Origin: Bacteroidaceae bacterium
GTDB taxonomy: Bacteria; Bacteroidota; Bacteroidia; Bacteroidales; Bacteroidaceae
Length of the DNA: 64,000 nucleotides
NCBI GenBank assembly: GCA_017614465.1
Contig: JAGABW010000011.1
Span: 253-64,252 of the forward strand
Direction: 5' to 3'
How positions within the stretch are numbered: position 1 is the stretch's first letter; each line of letters opens with the position of its first letter. The notes beneath the pieces are model-generated. The model saw only the letters and a program-made list of their open reading frames with translations. It was not told the DNA's origin and did not search any database. This document shows, piece after piece, positions 17,102-25,538 of this stretch. The position numbers were made by a program, and so were the translations under genes.

Positions 17102-17600
17102 TTTTTTGTTTTTTAAGTTGTTCTTTTAACTGTTGTCTTGCTCTGAAAAGTGTTACTTTTACATCTGCCAGACTTATATTCATCATTAAAGATATTTCTT
17201 GGTAGTTTCGGCCTTCGATGTCTCTCAACTGAATGACTGTCCTTTGTTTCTCAGGCATTCTGTTAATCAGTTCGTTTATAATCTCATACCTTTGATTGTA
17301 TATTAATCGTTCATCGGGCATGTGCTGATTATCGAATCCGTCAACTCCGCTATCTTCGAGAGAGATGTTTTTGTTTTCATGCTTTGCGTTGTGGTCAAGT
17401 GCCTGGTTTCTGCAGACTGTCATCGCATAAACGGTGAGATTATCTACTTCCTTCAGTTTCTCGCGCCCTTCCCAAAGTTTGATCAGTGTATCTTGCACGA
17501 CATCTTCTGCTTCTTGCTTGTTGCACGTAATTCGCAACGCAAGCCTGTAGAGTTTATCTCCAAGTGGCAATATGTCGTTCTTGAAACTGATCTCTTTCAT
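17091..17600 (-). CDS. ECF-type RNA polymerase sigma-70 family factor
   Basis: Region 2 (AEDVVQDTLIKLW) and region 4 (QRTVIQLRDIEGRNYQEISLMMNISLADVKVTLFRARQQL). Confidence 0.85.
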   Translation of the reverse strand: MKEISFKNDILPLGDKLYRLALRITCNKQEAEDVVQDTLIKLWEGREKLKEVDNLTVYAMTVCRNQALDHNAKHENKNISLEDSGVDGFDNQHMPDERLIYNQRYEIINELINRMPEKQRTVIQLRDIEGRNYQEISLMMNISLADVKVTLFRARQQLKEQLKKQKNGL

Positions 17601-17670
17601 CTGTCTCTATTAAATAAGACGGATGAGTTGTAAGAAAGTTACAATTCATCCGATTTTTTTTATATTTTTT

Positions 17671-18444
17671 TTATTTTGTTATTTTCGTACCTGCTTCCAG
17701 ACCCACAGAATCGGCTTTTGTGATGATTACCTGCGTTACTCCATTATTAATTGCATCGAATGAATTTTGCAATTTTGGTATCATTCCGCCTTGTATCACA
17801 CCTTCGTCTTTCAACTGTTGGAAATCCTGATATGTGATATGAGGTATAACACTGTTGTCATCGTTTTCGTCGCGCAAGACTCCTGCTTTCTCAAAACAGT
17901 AGATAAGGGTTACATTATAATAAGGAGTCAGTGATTTTGCAACCTCCCCTGCTATTGTATCTGCATTGGTATTGAGAAGAGAGCCTTTATGGTCATGTGT
18001 AAGCGGAGCCATCACTGGGACAATTCCCTCACCGATTATATTTGCGAGGCATTTGCCGTTAACTTCTGACACATCGCCTACAAATCCGAAATCAATTGGT
18101 TGGGCTGGACGACGTCGTGAGAGTATCACATTCATGTCGGCACCAGTAAGTCCAAGTGCATTTATATCGCGTGCCTGCAACTGTGCCACAATATTTTTAT
18201 TTACCAAACCGCCATAAACCATTGTGACAATCTGAAGCATCTCTGAGTCGGTAACACGTCGGCCATCTATCATTTTTGTTTCAACTCCAAGACGTGCAGC
18301 CATTTGAGTTGCGCTACGGCCACCACCATGTACCAGCACCTTATATCCTGGTATTTTTGCAAAATCGTCAAGTAATTGTGCTAATGTATCTTCTTGTTCA
18401 ACGATTTTACCTCCTACTTTTATTATTGTCAGATTTTCTTTCAT
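17671..18444 (-). CDS. argB: acetylglutamate kinase
   Basis: IIKVGGK...VLVHGGG...GLTGAD; 257 aa amino-acid-kinase fold. Confidence 0.9.
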   Translation of the reverse strand: MKENLTIIKVGGKIVEQEDTLAQLLDDFAKIPGYKVLVHGGGRSATQMAARLGVETKMIDGRRVTDSEMLQIVTMVYGGLVNKNIVAQLQARDINALGLTGADMNVILSRRRPAQPIDFGFVGDVSEVNGKCLANIIGEGIVPVMAPLTHDHKGSLLNTNADTIAGEVAKSLTPYYNVTLIYCFEKAGVLRDENDDNSVIPHITYQDFQQLKDEGVIQGGMIPKLQNSFDAINNGVTQVIITKADSVGLEAGTKITK

Positions 18445-18485
18445 ATCGTTTAGTTTTGTATCGACGATTTGTGTTTATATCATCG

Positions 18486-19013
18486 TTATAGTTTTAATAA
18501 TCGTTTCACTTCCTCTACATAGTCCTCTATCTGGGCTTCTGTGTGAATTGTATCTATATGAAGAATATGGTTTGCCTGAAGATAGTATTTCTCTCTTTTA
18601 TTCAGGTTTTCTTCAATATACACCTTTAATTCGTCATCAGACTTGCCTTCAAGCAAAGGACGTGTTGTGTGACTCATATGAAGATGATCGATAAGTGTAG
18701 AGACACTTGCCTTCAGATAGATTGTCTGTGCATGGGTATTCATCACCTCCATATTATCAAAGAAACATGGAGTACCTCCGCCCACTGCTATCACGGCATC
18801 TTCAAAACCCACGACTTCCTGCAACATGCTGCGTTCAATCTGCCGGAATCCGTCTTCACCTCGTTCGGCAAATATATCCGGGATGCTTTTATGGAAACGC
18901 GATTCAATATACCAGTCAAGGTCATAAAACTCGCAATTCAATTTGCTGGCAAGTAATTTACCGATGGTTGTCTTACCTGCCCCCATATAACCTATTAGAA
19001 TAATCGACTTCAT
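18486..19013 (-). CDS. aroK: shikimate kinase
   Basis: LIGYMGAGKTTIGKLLA...DLD...FR..E; 175 aa. Confidence 0.9.
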   Translation of the reverse strand: MKSIILIGYMGAGKTTIGKLLASKLNCEFYDLDWYIESRFHKSIPDIFAERGEDGFRQIERSMLQEVVGFEDAVIAVGGGTPCFFDNMEVMNTHAQTIYLKASVSTLIDHLHMSHTTRPLLEGKSDDELKVYIEENLNKREKYYLQANHILHIDTIHTEAQIEDYVEEVKRLLKL

Positions 19014-19025
19014 ATACTTCTATTT

Positions 19026-21356
19026 CTATGCACCTTTCTTTTTCTTTGCAGCTTTGTCTCCTTGTGCTTGTATGATGTCAAGACATTGTTGTGCTGTCAG
19101 TTTCAATGGATCGCCAGCATTCTTAGGAAGTTTATAGTTGCTGCCTTTATAGAAGATATAAGCTCCGTATCGGCCATTACGCACCTCAAGTTCTGGTTCT
19201 TCATCAAATGCCTTAAGGTGTTTTCTTTCTTCTGCCTGACGCTTTTGATTGATAAGTGAGATTGCTGCGTCAAGAGTCATCTCAAGCGGTTCTATATCAC
19301 TTGGTATGCTTGTATATTTTCTGTCATGAAGAATATATGGACCAAATCGACCTGTTCCTATGCTTATTGTCTTGCCTTCAAATTCACCTAACACTCTTGG
19401 CAACTTAAACAGTGCAAGTGCTTCTTCCAATGTGATGCTTTGAATGCTCTGTCCTTTATTGAGTTGTGCAAAACGAGGTTTTTCTTCATCGTTGGCAGAA
19501 CCCATCTGAACCACAGGACCATATCGTCCGATTTTCACAGACACACACTTACCTGTAGCTGGATCCTCACCAAGAATTCGTTCTCCGACCTTATGTTCAG
19601 TCTTATCGTTCATGGTCTTGTCGATCATAGGTTCGAAGTCGGAATAGAAGTGTCTTATCACCTTTTTCCAATCAACTGCACCTTCTGCAATCTCGTCGAA
19701 ATCCTTTTCCACATTTGCTGTGAAGTTATAGTCCATGATTTCAGGGAAGTACTGCATAAGGAAATCGTTTACAACCGTACCGATATCTGTAGGGAGCAAC
19801 TTTGCTTTTTCATTACCCACCACTTCGGTCTTTGTTGATTTAGTGATTTTTCCCTTACTGAACTTCAATATATCGTATGAACGCTTCACTCCCACTTTAT
19901 TACCTTTCTCAACATATTCACGTTGTTGGATAGTTGAAATGATAGGAGCATATGTTGAAGGACGTCCGATACCCAGTTCTTCGAGTTTCTTTACCAAACT
20001 TGCTTCGGTATATCTCAAAGGAGCCTGAGTGAAACGTTGTGTTGCGTGAATCTCTTCTACTTCAAGTTCCTGTCCTTCGACTACAGCTGGAAGAATTCTG
20101 CCTTCACCTTCAGCATCATTCTCATATTCATTGTCAAACGACTCTTTATAGAGACGTAGGAAACCGTCGAATGTGATTACTTCACCTGTTGCAACGAATT
20201 CAGCCTCTTCTCCGCTGATTTTTATCTTTACAACAGTCTTTTCTGTTTCCGCATCAGCCATTTGAGAAGCCAGAGTGCGTTTCCATATCAGTTCGTACAA
20301 GCGTTTTTCCTGTTGAGTTCCTGATATCTCATGGTTCTCCACATATGTAGGACGAATTGCTTCGTGGGCTTCCTGAGCACCTTTCGAACTTGTTTGGTAT
20401 TTTCGGATTTTAACGTAACGTTCGCCAAAGTTCTCCAAAATTGCCTTGTGACTGGCATTTATGCACAAAGACGATAGGTTCACAGAGTCGGTACGCATGT
20501 ATGTGATAAGTCCAGATTCATATAATCTTTGGGCTATCATCATTGTTTGTGAAACAGTGAACCCGAGTTTACGAGCAGCCTCTTGTTGAAGGGTAGATGT
20601 CGTAAACGGAGGAACCGGTGACTTCTTCATCGGTTTCTTTGTAATATCAGAAATAGTGAATGTCTTGTCGTTGAGTGATTCCAGAAATGCGCGAGCCTCT
20701 TCTTGAGTTTTGAAACGCTGATTCAAGTCGGCACGTAATTCACGAGTCTGCTCACCGTCTTTAACGATGAATACAGCATCTACCTTATACGCACTTTCAG
20801 CCTTAAATTTCTCGATTTCACGTTCTCTCTCCACAATCAATCGTACTGACACAGACTGCACACGTCCGGCAGACAATGATGGTTTCAGTTTTTTCCACAA
20901 CACAGGTGATAGTTTAAAACCTACGATTCTGTCGAGAACACGACGAGCCTGCTGAGCATTCACAAGATTTATATCTATCGTACGTGGATGTTCTATAGCC
21001 TCAAGAATGGCATTTTTGGTGATTTCGTGAAAAACTATACGTTTTGTTTCGTTTAAATCAAGATTCAAGACTTGTGCCAGATGCCATGAAATTGCTTCTC
21101 CCTCGCGGTCCTCATCGGATGCAAGCCATACTGTGTCTGCCTGTTCAGCGCTGGTTTTAAGAGATTTTACGAGCTTTTCTTTATCTTCTGGTATTTCATA
21201 TTCAGGTGTCAAATCATCGAGGTTCACACCGAAATCTTTCTTTTTTAAATCACGGATGTGACCATAACTGGACATCACCTTAAAATCCTTACCTAAGAAT
21301 TTCTCCAACGTCTTTGCTTTTGCAGGAGACTCTACAATCACTAAATTCTTTTGCAT
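19026..21356 (-). CDS. topA: DNA topoisomerase I
   Basis: MQKNLVIVESPAKAKTLEKFLG... Toprim domain plus topoisomerase IA core; 776 aa. Confidence 0.95.
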   Translation of the reverse strand: MQKNLVIVESPAKAKTLEKFLGKDFKVMSSYGHIRDLKKKDFGVNLDDLTPEYEIPEDKEKLVKSLKTSAEQADTVWLASDEDREGEAISWHLAQVLNLDLNETKRIVFHEITKNAILEAIEHPRTIDINLVNAQQARRVLDRIVGFKLSPVLWKKLKPSLSAGRVQSVSVRLIVEREREIEKFKAESAYKVDAVFIVKDGEQTRELRADLNQRFKTQEEARAFLESLNDKTFTISDITKKPMKKSPVPPFTTSTLQQEAARKLGFTVSQTMMIAQRLYESGLITYMRTDSVNLSSLCINASHKAILENFGERYVKIRKYQTSSKGAQEAHEAIRPTYVENHEISGTQQEKRLYELIWKRTLASQMADAETEKTVVKIKISGEEAEFVATGEVITFDGFLRLYKESFDNEYENDAEGEGRILPAVVEGQELEVEEIHATQRFTQAPLRYTEASLVKKLEELGIGRPSTYAPIISTIQQREYVEKGNKVGVKRSYDILKFSKGKITKSTKTEVVGNEKAKLLPTDIGTVVNDFLMQYFPEIMDYNFTANVEKDFDEIAEGAVDWKKVIRHFYSDFEPMIDKTMNDKTEHKVGERILGEDPATGKCVSVKIGRYGPVVQMGSANDEEKPRFAQLNKGQSIQSITLEEALALFKLPRVLGEFEGKTISIGTGRFGPYILHDRKYTSIPSDIEPLEMTLDAAISLINQKRQAEERKHLKAFDEEPELEVRNGRYGAYIFYKGSNYKLPKNAGDPLKLTAQQCLDIIQAQGDKAAKKKKGA

Positions 21357-21384
21357 CTTATTTCTGATATTTTATTTCGGTTGG

Positions 21385-21392
21385 CAAAGTTA
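21385..21392 (-). promoter_or_regulatory. -7 box TAACTTTG upstream of topA
   Basis: Matches the Bacteroides TAnnTTTG consensus, 29 nt upstream of the topA ATG. Confidence 0.5.
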
Positions 21393-21782
21393 AAACAAAA
21401 AATAGAAACTACAATCCTTCATTAACAATTATTTATCTAATAAGGTGTAAAACGCCCAATAATAAGGTGATTAATTAAAATATTTAACATAAAATCGAGT
21501 ATTTTTCATAATTATATAAACCTTACAAATACTAACTTTTCCGATCTGTTTTTAGTAATAAAATCTGTTGCCGGGATAAAATAATTAAAAGAGGTATTCT
21601 CACGAACGCCTCTTTCGCCTCAATAAGTATTAATTTTTTTAAGGTAAAAAGATTGTTTTTAGGATGTTGCAAAGGTAGGGCATTTTACTCGTGTGACAAT
21701 CAATATTTTTATGTTATACAACATATGTTCTCGCACACAGCAGTAAAAGTCAATTAATTGTACAATAATTTTATTGTATATA

Positions 21783-23183
21783 TCAAACCTTTAGTATATC
21801 AAGCTTGTTTAATAAGCTTATTATATCAAGTTGATTAAATATAATAAGTATTATAGCAATCGGGGCAATATAACGTAATATAAAGATTATTACACCCACG
21901 AAACGCATTGACAAATTACCATGATTTGTAAGTTCTGCCACTACCAATTGTTTCTTCATTTTCCAACCTACAAATATGCTAAAAAACATACCTCCGATAG
22001 GTAGGAAGAGGTTTGACACCATTTTGTCGAGCAGTTCGAATATAGTCATACCTAAGATGGTGAAATCCTTTAGTACTCCAAACGACAGGCTGCAAAATAC
22101 TGCTATAACCACACTTATAAAAGTAACGAATAGTGAAGCCCGACTTCTGCGTACTTTATACTCCTCACTTATGTATGTAACAACAATCTCGAGCATTGAT
22201 ATCGTAGATGTTATCGATGCCACCACAAGTAACAAATAAAACACTACTGGGAACAAATATCCCAAAAGTGGAATTCCGTCGAATGCCTCATGAAATACAT
22301 TTGGCAGTGTAACAAATAACAACGAAGGACCTATATCCGATGAATTAACATGATGACCTACATGAAACATCGAAGGAAAGATTATAAAACCCGACAATAT
22401 CGCCACACAGGTATCGAGCAAACCGATTGTAAAGGCTGACTTCACAAGTCGGGTGTTTTCATCAAAATATGAAGCATAAGTACATAATGCTCCCAATCCA
22501 AGACTGAGGGAGAAAAACGACTGTCCCATTGCGTTGATAACCGTCTTATTGGTTATCTTTGAGAAATCGGGTTTTAATAAATACTCCAAACCTTCTCCTG
22601 CACCAGAAAGGGTTACTGAACAGACAACAAGGACAAGCAGCATAACCAACAGCATCGGCATCATTATCATACTGAACTTTTCGATTCCTTTCCTTATGCC
22701 TCTAACAATCACAAAATGAGTGGCGAGCAGAATCAGCACCAGATATATTATCGGCAGTATCGGTTCAGACACAAAACTACAATAGACATCCTTATAATCT
22801 TGTGGTGTTCCTCCATCAAAAGCATTGGTTATGGCAAGATACGAATATTCGATTGTCCAACCTGCTACAACGGAATAATAGCTCAATATAAGCAGACCTG
22901 AAAACACGCCTAAACGGCCGACCCACACCCATTGTGTGTGAGGAGCCAGATGGCGGAAGGCTGCAATAGGATTGCTGTATGTATGACGTCCTAAGACAAA
23001 TTCGGCCAACATCACAGGTATGCCCACCAACAAAATAAAACATATGTAAATGATTATATATGCAGCGCCCCCATTCTGACCTGTCTCGACAGGGAAACGC
23101 CATATATTTCCTAATCCTACAGCAGCACCGGCGGTTGCTAATATCACACCGATCTTACTTTTAAATTTATCACGATCTGTCAT
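21783..23183 (-). CDS. sodium-dependent transporter, NSS/SNF family
   Basis: GLGNIWRFP motif; 466 aa polytopic protein. Confidence 0.9.
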   Translation of the reverse strand: MTDRDKFKSKIGVILATAGAAVGLGNIWRFPVETGQNGGAAYIIIYICFILLVGIPVMLAEFVLGRHTYSNPIAAFRHLAPHTQWVWVGRLGVFSGLLILSYYSVVAGWTIEYSYLAITNAFDGGTPQDYKDVYCSFVSEPILPIIYLVLILLATHFVIVRGIRKGIEKFSMIMMPMLLVMLLVLVVCSVTLSGAGEGLEYLLKPDFSKITNKTVINAMGQSFFSLSLGLGALCTYASYFDENTRLVKSAFTIGLLDTCVAILSGFIIFPSMFHVGHHVNSSDIGPSLLFVTLPNVFHEAFDGIPLLGYLFPVVFYLLLVVASITSTISMLEIVVTYISEEYKVRRSRASLFVTFISVVIAVFCSLSFGVLKDFTILGMTIFELLDKMVSNLFLPIGGMFFSIFVGWKMKKQLVVAELTNHGNLSMRFVGVIIFILRYIAPIAIILIIFNQLDIISLLNKLDILKV

Positions 23184-23223
23184 ACCTCTGTTATTTTTAT
23201 TAGCCTAAATTTATTGCATGTGA

Positions 23224-24594
23224 TTAAAAAATGCCAAAGTTCTTTAGGAAAATCACACCTATAGCCGCTGGAGCAATATACTTGAGCAAGAACGCCAACA
23301 CATTGAGCATAGGAACACGCAAAACGCCATCGTTAGTAAGTTCTTCCTCTATGACCTTCTTTTTAAGATACCATCCCACAAATATACTTGCAAGCATACC
23401 ACTCAATGGTAACAGTATGTTTGAACTTACAAAATCGAATATACCAAATATGGTCATGTGGCAAATCTTGACATCTGCCAAAGGTCCGAAAGAAAGACAA
23501 CAGAACACACCGAAAAACATACAGCATGCTGTAACTAATGCAGTGGCTTTCTTACGTCTTATCTTGAATTCCTCACATACATAGGCGTCCATCACTTCAT
23601 GCATAGATATAGTGGATGTTATGGCCGCTACTATCAACAACAGATAAAACATCACAGAGAATATATATCCTAATGCCGGAACACCTTGAAATGCTGATTG
23701 GAAGATATTTGGCAGAGTTATGAATATAAGTGACGGACCGATATCTGATGGTTGCAGTTCATAGCCGGCATGGAACACTGCCGGGAAGATTATAAAGCCC
23801 GACATGATTGCCACAAGTGTGTCGATTGCACATACATTGAGTGTGGTTTTAACCATATTCAGGTCCTTACGGAAATAAGAGGCATACGTACAGAGAATAC
23901 CCATTCCCAGACTCAACGAATAGAAGGCCTGCCCCATTGCGTTTAGTATCGTACTGCCCGTAATCTTCGAGAAATCCGGACGCAAAAGGAAATCTATTCC
24001 CTTAGAAGCTCCGTCGAGATTAACCGAACAAACCACAAGGATTATTGCTATGATAAAAAGCATCGGCATCATCATCTTACTGAAACGTTCTATACCTTTA
24101 TTCACACCATGCACCACGATAACATGTGTAATCAGGAATAAAGCGACCATACACACAAGCGGTTGCCACGGATTAGAAGAAAAGGTGCTGAACATCTCCA
24201 CATAATCATTTGCATGCTTGCCTTCAAACGCATTCGACATGGCTAAAACCATGTATTCGAATGTCCATCCTGCAACCACCACATAATAGCATGTGACTAT
24301 AAAAACAGCCAACACGCTCAGGCGTCCCACCCATTTCCATTGAGTGCCAGGAGCAAGTTTATGATATGCGCCAACTGCATTACTATGCGAACGACGTCCG
24401 ATAATAAACTCTGCAAGCATAATCGGGATTCCCAACATGATTATACACAGCACATAAATGATTATATAAGCGGCACCACCGTGCTGACCAGTCTCAATTG
24501 GGAAGCGCCATATATTACCGAGTCCTACAGCCGAACCTGCTGCAGCGAGTACGGTACCCAGTTTTGAACCAAAATTTTCTCTTTCGTCTGCCAT
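23224..24594 (-). CDS. sodium-dependent transporter, NSS/SNF family (tandem paralogue)
   Basis: GLGNIWRFP motif; collinear similarity to 21783..23183. Confidence 0.9.
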   Translation of the reverse strand: MADERENFGSKLGTVLAAAGSAVGLGNIWRFPIETGQHGGAAYIIIYVLCIIMLGIPIMLAEFIIGRRSHSNAVGAYHKLAPGTQWKWVGRLSVLAVFIVTCYYVVVAGWTFEYMVLAMSNAFEGKHANDYVEMFSTFSSNPWQPLVCMVALFLITHVIVVHGVNKGIERFSKMMMPMLFIIAIILVVCSVNLDGASKGIDFLLRPDFSKITGSTILNAMGQAFYSLSLGMGILCTYASYFRKDLNMVKTTLNVCAIDTLVAIMSGFIIFPAVFHAGYELQPSDIGPSLIFITLPNIFQSAFQGVPALGYIFSVMFYLLLIVAAITSTISMHEVMDAYVCEEFKIRRKKATALVTACCMFFGVFCCLSFGPLADVKICHMTIFGIFDFVSSNILLPLSGMLASIFVGWYLKKKVIEEELTNDGVLRVPMLNVLAFLLKYIAPAAIGVIFLKNFGIF

Positions 24595-24691
24595 TCTGAA
24601 ATATTATTAATAAATCATATTATTTAATAAATCCGATGCAAAAATACAAAAAAATTATATAATTTTGCGCCACAAACAAAATAAGGTAAAG

Positions 24692-25078
24692 ATGAATTTC
24701 TTCAAACGATATTTTTTCACGACAATTTGCACAATTGCCATTCTTATACTTTCATTGTTTCCAACACAAGATTTTCCACCTCTGGAAGATGTTCCTTTGA
24801 CAGACAAATGGGCTCATGGCTTAATGTACTGTGGCTTAATGTTATGTATATGGTTTGACTGGATACAAAAAAAACTGCGCCCTTCATTCAAGCACAGTTT
24901 TATTTCTATATTTTATTGTGTTGCATTAGGTGGCATAATCGAACTAATACAACCTTTCTTTTCCCGTTCAAAAGACATTCTCGACTTTTACGCTAATTGT
25001 ATAGGAGTAATTATCGGGTATCTTTTAGGATATGCCATCAAGCGTTATTTTTCCAAAGTTTATAAGGGCAGCCTGTAA
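24692..25078 (+). CDS. VanZ family membrane protein
   Basis: DKWAHGLMYCGL motif and four TM segments. ATG at 24692 is preferred over the TTG at 24665 used in the track. Confidence 0.7.
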   Translation: MNFFKRYFFTTICTIAILILSLFPTQDFPPLEDVPLTDKWAHGLMYCGLMLCIWFDWIQKKLRPSFKHSFISIFYCVALGGIIELIQPFFSRSKDILDFYANCIGVIIGYLLGYAIKRYFSKVYKGSL

Positions 25079-25526
25079 GATAGGAATTATAATAACGTTT
25101 ATCTCCCGTAACCTCTTCGCCTAAGAAATCAGGACGGATATATTCTTCGTCTTCGCTATTGAGTTCTATCTCGGCTATTACCAGTCCTTCGTTCTCTCCG
25201 AAGAATTCATCAACCTCAACGATATGCTTGCCGTTCTTTACGAGCCATCGGTCTTTTACGATTGTGCCAGGCAGACAAATGTTCATGAGATTTCTTGCAT
25301 CTTCAAGACTGATTTCTTTCTCAAACTCATAGCGTGTCAGTCCGCCAAGTCCCGACGGACCTTTTATGGTCAGATAGCCCTTATCGTCACGAATACGCAC
25401 TCTTACAGTGCGGGAATTGCCCGACGCTATATATCCTTGTTCGATATGAGTTCGATTATATGCTAAATGCTTAAACTCTCCCTTTACAAGGAATTTACGT
25501 TCTATCTCATAGATACCACTTTTCAT
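25038..25526 (-). CDS. CYTH domain protein (triphosphate tunnel metalloenzyme)
   Basis: Starts EIERKFLV; has RVRIRDDKGYLTIKG and EVDEF...LVIAEIEL. Confidence 0.8.
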   Translation of the reverse strand: MKSGIYEIERKFLVKGEFKHLAYNRTHIEQGYIASGNSRTVRVRIRDDKGYLTIKGPSGLGGLTRYEFEKEISLEDARNLMNICLPGTIVKDRWLVKNGKHIVEVDEFFGENEGLVIAEIELNSEDEEYIRPDFLGEEVTGDKRYYNSYLTGCPYKLWKNNA

Positions 25527-25538
25527 AGCCTAAAATCA

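Noticed and set aside
16610-17600. A firm claim that the ECF sigma/anti-sigma pair controls the island
   Set aside because: There is only adjacency. A terminator-like hairpin separates them from the peptide gene, and I could not identify an ECF-type -35/-10 in the leader repeats. The link is kept as a hypothesis inside the main finding rather than as a feature.
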